A stretch of 64,000 bases of DNA. Source: Octopus vulgaris. Lineage: Eukaryota. Both the position numbers and the translations under genes were made by a program. Shown here piece by piece: positions 27,642-41,641 of the stretch. The DNA lies in NCBI GenBank assembly GCA_951406725.2, contig OX597816.1:94054001-94118000 (forward strand), written 5' to 3'. Position 1 is the stretch's first letter. Each line of letters opens with the position of its first letter. The notes under the pieces were generated by a model that made no database searches, had not been told where the DNA came from, and saw only the letters and a list, made by a program, of their open reading frames with translations.

Positions 27642-27872
27642 GTAGAAAATGCCGAAAAAGAAATCGAATTAATACAACTCCTTCTACTGGATTATCACAT
27701 AGACCTGGTTCTACCACAACAGACCCTACTCAGATTTTCCACAATCTATGTATGCCCAAAGGTACAGATCGCCTAGTGTATATGTCAAATGGAACTGATT
27801 CTCTCATGCTTGCTTTCCACCATATCAAAAAGTCAAAAGTAGATGTACTGCGATGGGATATACCTAAAAAGG
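27642..27872 (+). CDS. CHRDL: Chordin-like exon (start of C-terminal domain)
   Basis: tctcag|GTAGAA...AAGG|gtaagt; 231 nt, phase 1->1, open: GRKCRKRNRINTTPST...NLCMPKGTDRLVYM...VLRWDIPKK. Confidence 0.85.
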
Positions 27873-27962
27873 GTAAGTTAGTTCTAAATTGTAAAGAACG
27901 GAATCATACTAGTTACTGAGTTTCTTTTAGCATCATTCTCATTTTGGGCTTTTCCATTTCAG

Positions 27963-28055
27963 GTCGACTTGTTCATTTCAGAAAAGAAACAATGAATGCA
28001 GAAGATTTTCGTTCAAGAACAAAATCTACAAATATTTTAGGTGCTACAAACAAAA
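27963..28055 (+). CDS. CHRDL: Chordin-like exon (C-terminal domain)
   Basis: tttcag|GTCGAC...AAAA|gtaagt after a 90-nt intron; 93 nt, phase 1->1: GRLVHFRKETMNAEDFRSRTKSTNILGATNK. Confidence 0.85.
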
Positions 28056-28189
28056 GTAAGTCTTTTAGTATTTGAAATGTTTACATATTGTATTCGGAGA
28101 TTTCATATTTTGTGAGAAAAATTAATTCTTCTGACAGTCATTCCTTTTCAAGAGTATTAGAATTAAAAATGAAGTGGATATATACAATA

Positions 28190-28580
28190 GGCGCAAGATG
28201 GCTGTGTTGTAAGAAGCATTCTTCCTAACCACATGGTTATGAGTTCAGTCCTACTGCATGGCACCTTGGGCCAGTGCCTTTTGCTATGGCCTCAAGCTGA
28301 CTAAAGTCTTATGAGTGGATTTGGTAGATGGAAACTGAAAGAAGCCCGTCATATATATACATAGGTGCATGTGTTTGTGTGTGAGTGTGTGCCTATGTTT
28401 GTCTCCCCAACATCGCTTGACATCAAATGCTGGTGTTTACATCCCCATAACTTAGTAATTCAGCAAAAGAGACCGATAGAATAAGTACTAGGCTTACAAA
28501 GAATAAGTCCTGGATTCGATTTGTTCAACTAAAAGTGGTGCTCCAGCATGGCCAGAGTCAAATAACTGAAACAAGTAAAA
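28190..28580 (+). mobile_element. tRNA-derived SINE (same family as 11082-11530)
   Basis: Collinear with the reverse complement of 11082-11530. Confidence 0.85.
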
Positions 28581-29181
28581 CAATAACCTAATGGTTTTGA
28601 TTCCCAGACCAATCATTGCATTGTCTTCTTGAAAAAAACATTTCATTTCACACTGCTCTGTGGTCATTTGAGCATGTCGTGTGGCCTACTTGTGCAGCTG
28701 TAGAGGCAATGTTGATTTGATAGCTTATATGAACACAAAAATTTTATCACTATAAACAAATATTCAGCAGGAAATTTCACAACTATAATTTTCATTTTAT
28801 TTTCATTTTAATGTTGATATTTATACGCACACACACGTATGTATATATACATACACACACAAACACACATACATGCACATATACAACAGAATTCTTCCAA
28901 GTTTCCATCTACCATATCCACTCACAAGGCTTTGATTGGCCCTTGCCCAAAGTACCATGCTGTCAGACTAAACCCAGAACTACAAGGTTTGGAAGCAAGC
29001 TCTTTAATCGTACAACCACACCCTGCACCTACAGATAACACTAAAACTAATATTTTAACATGATATTAGCATGAAAATAATTAACTGCAAAATTCTTGTT
29101 TATGTCTTATATATAACTTGCTTGTTTATCATAAGATTATCTTAAAGACTTTTCTGACTTATCAAATTCATTCATTTACAG

Positions 29182-29324
29182 AACGCTATGTAAATCGGTT
29201 CTCCAGGAAACTTAAAAAGCAAATTAATCGATGCAAGAAAACATGCCGGCAAAAGCGTGTGATGCGATTATTAAAACAGCTGAAACTGAAGAAAGTACGT
29301 TTCACAGAAATCTGCAAAAATTGA
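29182..29324 (+). CDS. CHRDL: Chordin-like last coding exon
   Basis: ttacag|AACGC...AATTGA; KRYVNRFSRKLKKQINRCKKTCRQKRVMRLLKQLKLKKVRFTEICKN*. The 11 exons sum to 1253 nt, in frame. Confidence 0.85.
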
Positions 29325-29449
29325 CAAACACAAAAAAATGAGCTGACATCAACCAAAAAAGCTTTGCAATCAAACTTTGCCTCATAGCATGTATGTTTCA
29401 GTGAAGGTGTGCAAAATGCATGTATTAGTTTGAAGCTGTCTTTTTCCAA

Positions 29450-29653
29450 GTATATATATATACATATATATATATATAAATATATATATATGTATGTATA
29501 TATATATATATATATATATATACATACGCACACATACACATATATATACACATATACATACATATACACATATATGTGCATGTGTTTGTATATACATACA
29601 TTATGCATATACACACATGTACACACACAGATGTATATAGATTTATAGATATA

Positions 29654-29706
<53 letters not shown>

Positions 29707-29870
29707 TCATATATGTATGTGTGAGAGTGTGTGTATTTCTTCATGTGTGTGTGTGTGTGTGTATAAATATATATATACATATATATAAATATATATGTAT
29801 GTATATAAGAGAATATGTAACATATGAAGTTACAAATATATATTTATATATATTTGTATGCGAATGATAA

Positions 29871-29913
<43 letters not shown>

Positions 29914-30435
29914 GTGAATGTGTATGCACATCATGTGTGTGTGAGAATGAGTATGCTTATGAATATGTGTGAGTGTAATACATTTCTGTGTATGCATACA
30001 CTTTTGAACATACAGACATATAACGCAAGTAACGATGCTGTAGCTGAGAGTCATGCATATTCTGTGACAGAAAAATACTTTACATATGTTTAGTATGGCA
30101 ACATTAACGATGGACACTAAGAAGACCGCCACTTCCTTCATTGACCCACTGAACAAGCCAACAAACAGTCATACAGACAGCCAGGCAAACAGACAAACAT
30201 GCAGGTACATATTCATACAACAAAGTAATTTATGCACACCCAAAGATATATATTTTCATATATATATATATATATATACATACATATATATATATACTTA
30301 TATATATATACATATATATATATACTTTTATATATATACATATATATATATATATATACTTATATATATATACATATATATACATATATATATACATATA
30401 TATATATACATATATATATACATATATATATATAC

Positions 30436-30466
<31 letters not shown>

Positions 30467-30467
30467 A

Positions 30468-30515
<48 letters not shown>

Positions 30516-30545
30516 GCATACATACATACATACATGCATGCATAT
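29450..30545. repeat. Compound (TA)n/(CA)n/(TG)n microsatellite field downstream of the chordin-like stop
   Basis: Direct reading; similar fields at 33120-33480 and 58950-59270. Confidence 0.95.
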
Positions 30546-33215
30546 AAAAGCAAACAAACATATGTACCTGTGCAAATTTACAGACTCCAAAAGGAACACA
30601 CTAACATATGTGTGAAGGCATAGACATATACATATGAAAGTCAATGTTCAGCAGTATACAAATGTATAATAAGAAACATTAAAACAGTGAATGGAACCTT
30701 TAAAAAAATATTACAACACTATATATGTATATGCACTCATTGTGTGTGAAAATATTTGTAAGTAAGACAGAGTGTACTTTCAAATTTAAATTTCAGATGA
30801 TTAATTCATCAGAGACACAAGTAACTGTGGACATAATCGCCAAAAGATTTTAAAAGAAATTATTAATGTAGATATGTCGCTGTTTGGTATCACAAATGAA
30901 ATGTAACAAATTGAAGAAAAAAAAAACATGAAATAGAGAATGGAATCAAATATTACTTTGTAAATATATTTCTCCTTCATTGCATTATAAGATGAAAATT
31001 GATTGACTATTTCAAAGACAGTATTATTAACAAAATTTAGAATGGTTCAGAATATGTTGCTTAGAAAAACCACACAGTAATATTTGATCTGATAATGAAA
31101 ACAAATAATTATGCTATATGAATTGATACAATAATATATACAAGTGAAACAATCAGAAGGTAAGGGCTATTGATTTAGTACCTGTTAAGAAATCATGAGA
31201 TAGAAATATATAGATGATATATATATAGATGATATATATATATATGAGCCATAGATTACATACAAGCATATATGCATACATATATACAAATATATATATA
31301 TATCTGTATGTGTGTATGTATGTGTATATATGTTTGCATGTGTATTTACTATATAATGAATATGACAGTATTATTTATATTCAGGCTACTACTAGTTTCA
31401 TGTAAGATGCAAACACTATGCAGTTCTGTGAATATTTTACATTCATCAGGTTCGTTTGAGTAACCTACCTACTTTCTCACTTCTTGTATGTGGTGAGAAT
31501 ACATGAGAAAATATGAGACTATAATCAATTCATTTGATTATTGCTTTCAATATTTTAGATTTATATTATTCTCCATCGTTGTTGCTTATTTTTGTTTCTT
31601 TTAAATTTATTAGCATTCATAGTGAGAGTCATGCTATATAATTTTTAATGTTCCTGGGCCCCTGGGCCTTACATGTTTTGCATCACAACTTTTCACAGAC
31701 TTTCTCATCTCAGATATATCAAAGAGTAGCAATCCTGAATAACTCATCTGATATTTAGACAAATCTGTTAATTGTAGAATATTTCTGACAGGCATGGTGT
31801 TTGCTACTTACATAAATCTAGTGGTAACCTGTAAATGAAAAATTGTTCTATACTAATTATAAAAGAATATAATTCACTCTTCATTCAAAACTGAGTTCTC
31901 TCAATGTCTGGTGACATACAAAATACAATATATATGTATGTACATGTGTTTGTAGTGTATGTATATCAATGTGTGTTTTCATGTATAGTTACATATAAAA
32001 AGTGTTAAAAATGAACTAGAAGGTTATGCAGTACATTTAAGAATCACAAATATTTTACTTTTAGATGGATAATGTTGACAAACTTCTCAGTTGCCTTCTT
32101 CACATGGAAAATATTTTTTGGCTTACCAATCATTTTTATATCTTTTTTGCTTCATCTTGTGGATGGGGCATTATTTCACTTCTTTTTTCTGCTCTCATTT
32201 TTAAAATATCCTCAAGAATGTTTCCTTACATGTCATAAATACAAACTTTTGAACCATACTTACTTCCCAACTACTCTGCTCCCACACATGATGAACACAA
32301 AAATATATAAAACCTGGAAAATCAAAATCACTTTATAGTCAAATGGAAACACTGAGCCAAAAATTCGATGTCGACATTTTTCTTTGTAGAAAATGTATGC
32401 GTGTGTATGTATGTGTATGTATGTGTGTGCGTGTGTATGTAAATATATATGTGTGTGTTGGTTGGAAAATATATACATTTGCATATGTGAATATTAGTAG
32501 GTTTGTGTATGGATAACACAGATGCATGTGTGTGTGTGTGTATGTGTGTGCATGTGTGTGCGTGTATGCATGAATACATATACACACACACAACAATCAT
32601 ATTTATGACTGTCAAAATGCTAAATTTTGTTAAGTTGTATATTTTTTCATAGAAAATCAAACTATAGATACATCTTGTGAAAGGATAAATGTTAGCACCA
32701 AATTTTTAGCCTTTGCATCATTATCAACCTATTTACACGATGTGATCATTTGATCTTATATACAAAACAATCCTTCTCATGCATATATATATATATATAT
32801 ATGTATATATAAATTGTTTGTAGGGGCACCATATTTAATTTGCAACCATAGTATACTACCAAATATATTATAGGTTTATTAGTTAATATGTGTCCTACTT
32901 TTGTATTAGCAGTGTGTTATTTTCATTCTTTAGTTTATCTCTACAGATTTTCTAAAGAATTTAGAGCTAGGACAGAAAGTTATATGTCATGTACAAATAC
33001 ATTTGTGTAAATAATGCCATCTATTTTTCTATCTTTGATCACATTGTTTACAAAGATGTATTTGTATATGAAACATTATAACTTTTAATGCTGGTTCTAA
33101 ATTCTGTAAAGAATCTGTAGAGATGAACTTAAATATATATATAAATTCATGTAGGTGGATAAATATATATACATATGCATATGTGTATGAATATATGTGG
33201 GTATGTGCATGTGTA

Positions 33216-33266
<51 letters not shown>

Positions 33267-34399
33267 CACATATATATATACATGTATGTTATATATATGT
33301 GTGTGTATGTATATATATATATATACATACATATATATACATGTATGTATATTATATATATGTGTATGTATATATATATACATATATACATGCACGTTTT
33401 ATATATATATATATACACACACATATATATACATATATATATGCTCTGTGTGTGTGTGTGCATATATATATATATGTACATACTGTGTATGATGTGGCAA
33501 TCATTCAAGCTCAAATAACATTGCTATTCTATGAGGAAAATCAGGAAAAAAAAACAAATTACAAGAAAAAATTAGAAGAAAACCTTAAGAGAAATGTGAG
33601 GGTAAAGATTATTTCCCTTTAACCATTCAAATGAAACATCATTTATATTGAGTGCTACATCTAAAAAAAGAACTATGCCTAGTGAGGTAGTCAAATGTAG
33701 GACAGGCTAAAATGTGTTAAACTGTGTGTTATATCTTGTGATTGAGAGGTATCCTCCAGTGCAGTAACAGAAACTTGTTGAGATGCATACATTTTGTAAA
33801 AAGCTTCGATCTCAAATTTCGAATGTTGATGCAGTTCTTCTATCTGATGAGGACATGTTTTCCTTTTTGACCCAATAATGTATAACCTAGGTCTTTCTTT
33901 CTATAATACTCCATTTAATGGTGTGTAGTATGTTGCTGTTCTTTCAGTTCCATTTGTGGCTTGCTAGATGTGTTCTTTTCTTTTTGCCTACATGCTAAAA
34001 AGAAGACTGGTGGCTGGCACATCTCTTTTTGAAATCACTTTTGTACAGTCCAATATATTTTTTCTTTCAGTTCCCTTATATGACAGAAGATAAAAACCCT
34101 CATCTTTAGTAAGGGTTTAGCTTGTGTAATGAAATCTCAACAAGACAAACTGTTTGATATATCGGTTTCAACATTTGGTCAGCAAGTTTGGGGGCGGGAT
34201 GTAATGATTATGTTAACCCCAGTTCTCAATTGGTATTTATTTTATCGACCCTTGAAGGATAAAAGGTCAAGTTAACCTCAGCAGAATTTGAACTCAGAAT
34301 GTTAAGATGGACGAAATGCCACTAAGCATTTTGTCCAGTGAGCTAATGATTCTGCAAGCTCACTGCCTTTAAGCTGTTTGATATATTGATAGGTTCAAA

Positions 34400-35480
34400 T
34401 GACAGATCCAGCATATGTAATTTAGCAATGCTTTTTATACAAAATATCCTAAAAACTGAGTTTCCTTCCAACAATATGGATTGGGAACATCCCACAGCTG
34501 TGATATTCATACACAGGATACCTTTAGGTAAAAAAAAATCTATTTATCTTTAGTATAAATCACATTGTCACAGTAACTACAAACCTCACTAAAGTTGACT
34601 TCTCAGGTACCTCCTTGGACCTAGATTTAAACATTTACAAGTCCTACCATAAACTAAATGGAAAACTTAGTTATATACACTAACAGCTTTGCTACTCCAA
34701 TTATCTTTGGAAACTTTATAACATCAGTAATAGGGTCTCTAACTTCTCTGTTTCTAAAGAAATTTTCAATAAAACATCCTCCTTCTATTATAATATTCTG
34801 ACAGGAACTTTAAAGGGAACATATTATTCATTATGAACCAAACAATAAAGAAGCCTAAAAATAACATAGGGCAAGTTATATGGTTCACTCTCTATTTCTC
34901 CTTAGGATTAATGTTGGCAAAAAAACCAAAAAAACAATCATTCATAGATAAACATCTCCCTCATAGCCATAGATATAAGAAAATATATAGACATTCTGTG
35001 AAAGTTTCTGACAGCTGTAGCCCTAATAAAAAAAACATTATTTCATGTAACCAACCAAGATGACCACTCCAAATTTCAAATTCAAGAACCCAAATATTTG
35101 CTCTCTAGACAGGCACGCATGGTTAGCTCAAGTCACTTCTGTTCCACCAAATAAGGGGATTGAAAGATGAAAACAGATTAGAATGTGGAAAAGTGAGAAA
35201 GAGATTCAAAATGAGATATGCTAACCACAGGTCTTCTTTCAAGAATGTAGACAAAAAGAAAAGCAAAAAGCTAGCAAGCCATGTATGAGAGCTGAAGAAT
35301 ATCACACACTAAGTGTATTTTCATAAGGAGATCTCAATAGTATATATATCAAAAGAAGTGCAAATTCTGATTAACTGAAAGAACATATATCTTTATTACA
35401 TCCAAGAACTGCACTGATCTTCTAAACACAAGATAAAAAATTTTTACAAGATGTATGCATCTCAACAAGCTTGTTATTAT
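34400..35480 (+). mobile_element. Degenerate Penelope-like element (RT thumb and GIY-YIG remnants)
   Basis: Fragments VDFSGTSLDL..IYKSYHK, VIWF..YF, KVSDSCSPN, RFKMRYANHRSSFKN..LASHV*ELK across several frames. Confidence 0.6.
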
Positions 35481-35844
35481 AGATTATCAGACATATAGTT
35501 TAACAAACTTTAACCTGTCTTCCATTCGACCATCACCAGACTGTTTAAGTGTTTTTACATGTAAAACACATTAATGATATATTTTAATTAATGGATTAAT
35601 AGGCTATAACCTTTATTCTTTTTTCCCTGTAACAATTTCTGGTCTTTCTCTGTCACATTTCCTCACAAAGTAGCCAGCCCATCCTATTACGGCACTCTCC
35701 AAGCTCAAAACTTGAAGTAGCTCATATAAAACTATTTCTGCATTTATCAAATGCATTAATTGTATGTATGTATATGTATTTATATATGTATGTGTGTGTG
35801 TGTGTATATGTATGTAGAGTATTTCATGTGATGTACAGATATTG

Positions 35845-36022
35845 TATATTGAGAAAAAGGAAGCAGTCAGAATTTTGGATAATTTTTTATTAGTGCTTTC
35901 ATTCATTTATTGAACTCACCAAGACAAAATCATTTTGATTTTGTTTTGATGAGTTTGATAAATGAATGAAAGCACTAATAAAGAATTATCCAAAATTCTG
36001 ACTGCCTCTTTTTCTCAATATA
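35845..36022. repeat. ~180-bp foldback (palindromic MITE-like) element
   Basis: Arms 35845-35931 and 35937-36022 are near-perfect reverse complements around a 5-nt spacer. Confidence 0.9.
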
Positions 36023-36093
36023 TATATATATATATATATAGATATAGATATAATACACACACGCACTCAGATACATACATATATGTGTTGTTG

Positions 36094-36132
<39 letters not shown>

Positions 36133-36232
36133 CAAATGTTTTTCCATAAATGTTTAAATGTGTGTATTATATGTGTATATATACTACATATAACGTTTTT
36201 GTTATTTAACATCCATGTTCTATGCTTATATA

Positions 36233-36265
<33 letters not shown>

Positions 36266-37259
36266 ATAGATAGATAGATTGATAGATCAATAGATAGATG
36301 TATATGTACATTCACACACGTTGATATAGATGTATGTATATGTACGTATTTACATATACGCATGGATGTGCATATGTATATGTGTGTGTGAGAGAGAGAG
36401 AGAGAGAATACATAAGCATATTATATATACATATATACACATGTATGTACATATATATGTATGCATGTTTTTATGTAAGTATACAGATAAATAGATAGAT
36501 ATACAAACACATACACACATACATGAACACACACACACAAAATTTTAGAATGAATGAATAGCAAATTACCTTTGGTTTCTTTCACATAGATAAAAAAACA
36601 CAAAAGCTTACAGAATATTTAAAAAGTTGCATTTAATCCAACAATTGAATTATACCATTGTTGAATTCTATCATGTTCTTATTGTCTTATTTATAACTGA
36701 AATCTCTCTCCCCCAGAAATCCACTTTATTTATTAAACATGAAAGAAAAATCATAATTATATTGATAAATATAATGAGATTTAATTACTGTGTTGTTCAA
36801 TTTGCTTATTCTTATTTATTAATTTTTAATGTTGTTATTGCATTGTTTTTATAATATTTCTAAAATATTTCAAAGAATTAGCAGATAGAGTGCCAGATTT
36901 TTCTTTTGAAGCAATCTAATGGTGGACATTTTTATGATCAGATGTATCTATTTATTGGCTTATCAGCCTATATATACATATATATAAAAGAAAATTGACA
37001 AAGAAATCTTCATTGTTGTCTATTAAATCTGGCCACAGTTACCTTTTAATAGATGCAGCAGTGCAGTGTCTAACCAAGTCATAGATTTACAATTAAATCT
37101 TTGGACACTTTATAGTATATAATACAATTACAAAGTAAAAATAAAAGTTAATAATAATGATATATGTGTGTTTTAAATGACTATAATGATTCTGTTAAGA
37201 AGCACATTTTTCGGTTTTAATATGTTGTTTCATCTCACAATGCATGACAAATAGTTAAC

Positions 37260-37311
<52 letters not shown>

Positions 37312-37312
<1 letters not shown>

Positions 37313-37510
37313 CAGGGGGCACTGCAAAGTTCCTGGCTTTAAGGGTATCACAAAAAGGCCTGGTTGGAGACCCAGCCTTCCAAGTTCTCTTACAGGGCTT
37401 AGAAAAACTGAAAGACCACTACATTGTGTGAATCTGAGAGGGGAATATATTAAATAAAATCATAATTAACTGATCCTCCTGTATTCTCTTTTGCCCAAAG
37501 CCAGGAACTT
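37312..37510 (+). mobile_element. Short mariner-derived MITE
   Basis: aagttcctggctt ... aagccaggaactt inverted termini; internal remnant of a mariner C-terminus (CVNLRGEYIK). Confidence 0.65.
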
Positions 37511-38393
37511 ATGTACACACACACACATATATGTATTCTTTATAACAAAATATATTAAATATGTTCTGGACCAATTTTGTTCCATTTATAAAATGAATCA
37601 TCAGCAAATAATAAATGAATTAAAATTATTCATTGTATGAAATTCTGCAATTTATAAAACTTGAAACTTTTCAGACTCGAAGAAGATACAATTTCATGAA
37701 TGTACAAGCCAATGTAATCATTGAATGTAGTGTTTCCTTCACAAGGAAATGTTTGTGAATTAAGCATAATCTTGTATAGCCTTAGGATTGCATTATATAA
37801 AGCAATAACTTTGTATCGATACACAATCAGTGGATGTGGGTATCATTTCAAGGTAATTGCATAAGAGAGAACTGAAATTTAAATTAGAGTGTACGAAATA
37901 ATGTATGTATATAATACATTGAAATACAGAAACAGGTTAGGGGTTTCAATATGATTAGGTAGACTACTTGAAATTTTCTGCATTAAAAAAGACATAAAAT
38001 ATATCTTGGACCAATTTAGTTATATGTTTAAAAGGAATCATCAGTGGTTACTAAAATGGTAAACATAGATATAGGGAAAATTCCAGAGAGAGAGAGAGAG
38101 AGGGGGGGTTACTTCAAAAAGAGGTAATGCAATGCTCAAAGCAACAACAGTGTAAAATATCTGTTATAATTACTGTTATGGCTATTGTTTCTTCTTTATG
38201 TATTGAGTGCTTTCTTTGTCAATGTTTATAAATATATGTATCTACCCTTCAGTCCTACTCAATATCTATAATTGTTGCCCATCTCCCCTCTCTTCTCCCA
38301 ATCCTCCATCTCTTACCCCCACTATACACTCTTGCAACTATTCATACACCAACACTCCTAGTTCCTTCTTGTAAAAATCAAGAACATTATATA

Positions 38394-39277
38394 CGAGGTG
38401 ATATCAAAAAGTTCCTAGACTAGTTCAGTAGTGTGCCAACAGATGACAGCACACAGTTGCATGTGCAATGAGAGCTAGCAATGACCTTCATGACGTAGTA
38501 TGCCAAGTGACATTGCTGTGTTTACTTTGCAAGTTGTGAAATTTGTGTTTTTGTGATCGGGTGTATGCTGTAGTCTGTGATTTTTGTCATGGAAAAGAAG
38601 TTGGAACAAAAAGCCAGGAAATTTTGCATTAAACTTGGGAAGTCTGTTACAGAGACTTTGAGCATGTTTAGGCAAACTTATGGCAATGAGGCAATGGGTA
38701 ATACACAATGTTTCAGGTGCTTCAAAAGTAGAAGAATGTCCCTGGAAGACAATGAGCAATCTGGAAGACTGACCATGAGCATCACCTCCAGAAATGTAGA
38801 GAAAATTCATCAGCTTATGCATAAAGATCGTTGGAAGACAATCAACTACATTGCTGATGCTGTTGGTCTGTTGTATGCGAGCAATCCTAACATGAAGATT
38901 TTTCACAATGGCAATGCACCCTGTCACTGAGCTCTCTTCACTCATGAGTTTTTTGCCAAAAACATGGTATCACTTTCACACTCGTACTATATGTCAGATT
39001 TAGCACCTGCAGACTTCCATCTCTTCCCCAAGATGAAAATGCAGCTCAAAGGTTGCTATCTTAATACCATTGTCAAGATCAAGAGTGAATCACAGAAGGT
39101 CACTGACTCACTTATGGAAAACGACTTCCAGGCTGGATTCCAAAAGTAGCAGGAACACTGGGACCAGTGTATTGCTAAGCAAAGTGAGTATTTCAAAGGA
39201 GATGATGTTAAAACTTAGGTAAATAAGTTATTTTTTTATTAAACATAATGGGTCAGGAACTCTTTGACCCCACCTCG
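38394..39277 (+). mobile_element. Mariner transposon, internally deleted pseudogene
   Basis: TA-flanked TIRs cgaggtg..tcaaaaagttc / gaactctttga..cacctcg; decayed KFCIKLGKS, DNEQSGR, HNGNAPCH and SDLAPADFHLFPKMK motifs. Confidence 0.9.
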
Positions 39278-39662
39278 TATCAAAAGTGTTTTGTTAGATT
39301 ACAGTATCATTGTTCAATATATTTTTTCAGCCTTTTACAGGAAAATAGTATTAATGACCTGCTCAAAGTATTGATATACTGTTTGTAAATATACAGAAAG
39401 ATTAAAACAGCTATCGATAACTTCTAAACTGACTTCTACATATGCTGAAAATCAAACATAACAAAGCAGATTAGCAAACAATAAATAACAAACATAGCTT
39501 TTTTTTTTTTTTACTGAAATTTTAACCATCGATTTATTTCACCATAATAGATAATTAAATAAACAAATTAAAATGGTAAACAGTTTGAGTCAATGTAATA
39601 AATTGTCACTCATCACAGATCCACTTCCAAAACATTTTAAATAAACATTGTTTGGAATGAAT

Positions 39663-39766
39663 TTTATTGTAACATGTAAGAAGTGTTTTCAACCCAGTGA
39701 GGTTAAGAAAGAAACAAAAATGCTCAAAATGAGTTTGCATGGATTTCCTCATTAAAGTCTTTTATT
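39663..39766 (-). terminator. Candidate COG3 polyadenylation signals
   Basis: AATAAA on the - strand at 39761-39766 and 39663-39668, about 80 and 180 nt after the stop. AT-rich background weakens this. Confidence 0.4.
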
Positions 39767-39847
39767 ACAAGATTAAATTCAGGTCCCTCATATTAAAAGA
39801 AAATTATTTGCTGCAGAGCCAGTCTGAGTCCCATTGAAGAGCAATTA

Positions 39848-39877
39848 TTATTTGCTAGAAGATAGTAATAAATTTAT
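39848..39877 (-). CDS. COG3: COG3 last coding exon
   Basis: Strong acceptor (T-run, attgcag|) then INLLLSSSK*, similar in length and character to the recalled vertebrate C-terminus LSLLLLVSK. Confidence 0.8.
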   Translation of the reverse strand: MNLLLSSSK

Positions 39878-41641
39878 CTGCAATAAAAAAAAAAAGAAAA
39901 TATCAATGTTGGCATAAGCACATGGAAAAGTTTATTTTGGCACAAAAGTAATCAATACACAACAACAGAGCCAATGAAAGAATCACTATATAGTTGCTCA
40001 ATAAACTAGAGATAGCAGCCAAATCTCTCTCAAATTCCAGACTATCATCTACACTCATCAATGTAGTCCCAGGTATATATAAAAGCTTGAGAGAGTCATG
40101 GCTGGAATGCTTTTCAACATAGGTCTGCTTGATACAAGCTAACTCTGGAGCTAAACAATAAGACAATAGCAATAAAAACAAATTAAATTGCTGTTGGGAA
40201 GGGAATCCAGCCATAGAAACCATGCCAGAGACAATTGGGGTCTGGACAGTTCCCCAACTGGCCCGCTCCATGTCAAACAGTCCAACCCATGCCAGCAGGG
40301 AAAACTGATGTTAAATGATGATGATGACAATAAGTAAGTCTTGTAACTTTCCAATAATGGCTTTTTTTCAAAAGTACAATGATATAACATATTAAAAGAA
40401 AAGGTGTACAGAAAGACAAAGAGCTTACCGATAGTTTTTACAATCACAGGTGGAATAATGCTTTATGACTAAATAAAAACTTGGTACATAGAAACTATGC
40501 AAAAGTATATAACATCATCATCAACATTTAAATCTATGTTTCATGCTGGCATGGGTTGGATGGTTTGACAGGACCCAACAGGTCTGAAGACTGCATCATG
40601 CTTCAGTGTCTGGATACCCTTCTAAATACCAATTACTTCACAACATTTCTGAGTGCTTTGTTTGAGTCAGGTCACCATGCAGCCAGTAAAACTAAAATAC
40701 TTTTCGACAGAGTAGACTACAGTAGAGAGGAAGACAGCTTTATGCTCTTGGTTGAAGGGTTAAAGTGTGAAAGAAGGGTTCACTACTGAAGGAGTTTCTT
40801 GCTGCAGGTAAGCTTCAGAGCTACTCACATTATAGAAGAGAGAGGAAGAGTGGTTGGGGTGGAACAGAAAAGTGATAAAAATAGTGGAGATTAGATATAT
40901 GAGTGGATCCTCAATATATGGGGTGAGTAGCAGAGAGAGAGGGGGGAGAGAGAGGAGAGAGAGAGAGAGAGATTCAGCCAGGCAGGCAGACAGGTAGATA
41001 GGTAGATAGAGATAGAGATATATACATACACTACATACACGTACATACACACACAATGTGGTGAAGAAATTTGCTTCCCAACCATGTGGTCTTGGGTTTA
41101 GTCCCATTGTGTGATCAGCGCAGGCTTTTACAATATAGCCAGGACTGACCAAAGCCTTGTGAATGGATTTGCTAAACAAAAACTGAAGGATGTGTGTGTG
41201 TGTGTGTGTATGTATGTGTCTCTATCTTGATAATGATCATCATCACCATTTAACGTCTTCCTTTCATGCTGGCATGGGTTGGACTTGATATCGTATGATA
41301 ATTGTAGATGAATGTCACCATCATACAAACAGAGCCATTCATTTCTATTCTTCGGCGAAAACATGTCTAAGTCATGGGGAAATGTTATCTTGCTTGGAAG
41401 CAAGTGAGAACTAGCAACAGTCAAAGCATCTGGCCATAGAAAATTTACATCAACACATTCAATCTGACCCACACAAACATGGGAAAGAAGATATCAAAAT
41501 GGTGTTGTTGTTGTTGTTGATGATGATGATGATTATGCAAATTTATTACCCAGTATTCATTTCATAATTCAACTTCCTATTGGAAATTAAAGATAAACTT
41601 TCGATGTTAAAAAGTTTATTTACTGAAGAAAGAAGTTGTAC

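Noticed and set aside
29380-33622. Many overlapping ORFs rich in YI/HT/CV
   Set aside because: Translations of (TA)n, (CA)n and (TG)n microsatellites; the same applies to the poly-I ORFs at 24969-25299 and ER repeats at 49564-49779.
37545-38045. Degenerate ~55-bp direct repeat (tggaccaattt...gaatcatcag) near 37550 and 37995
   Set aside because: Short, AT-rich and diverged; no structure or function can be supported.
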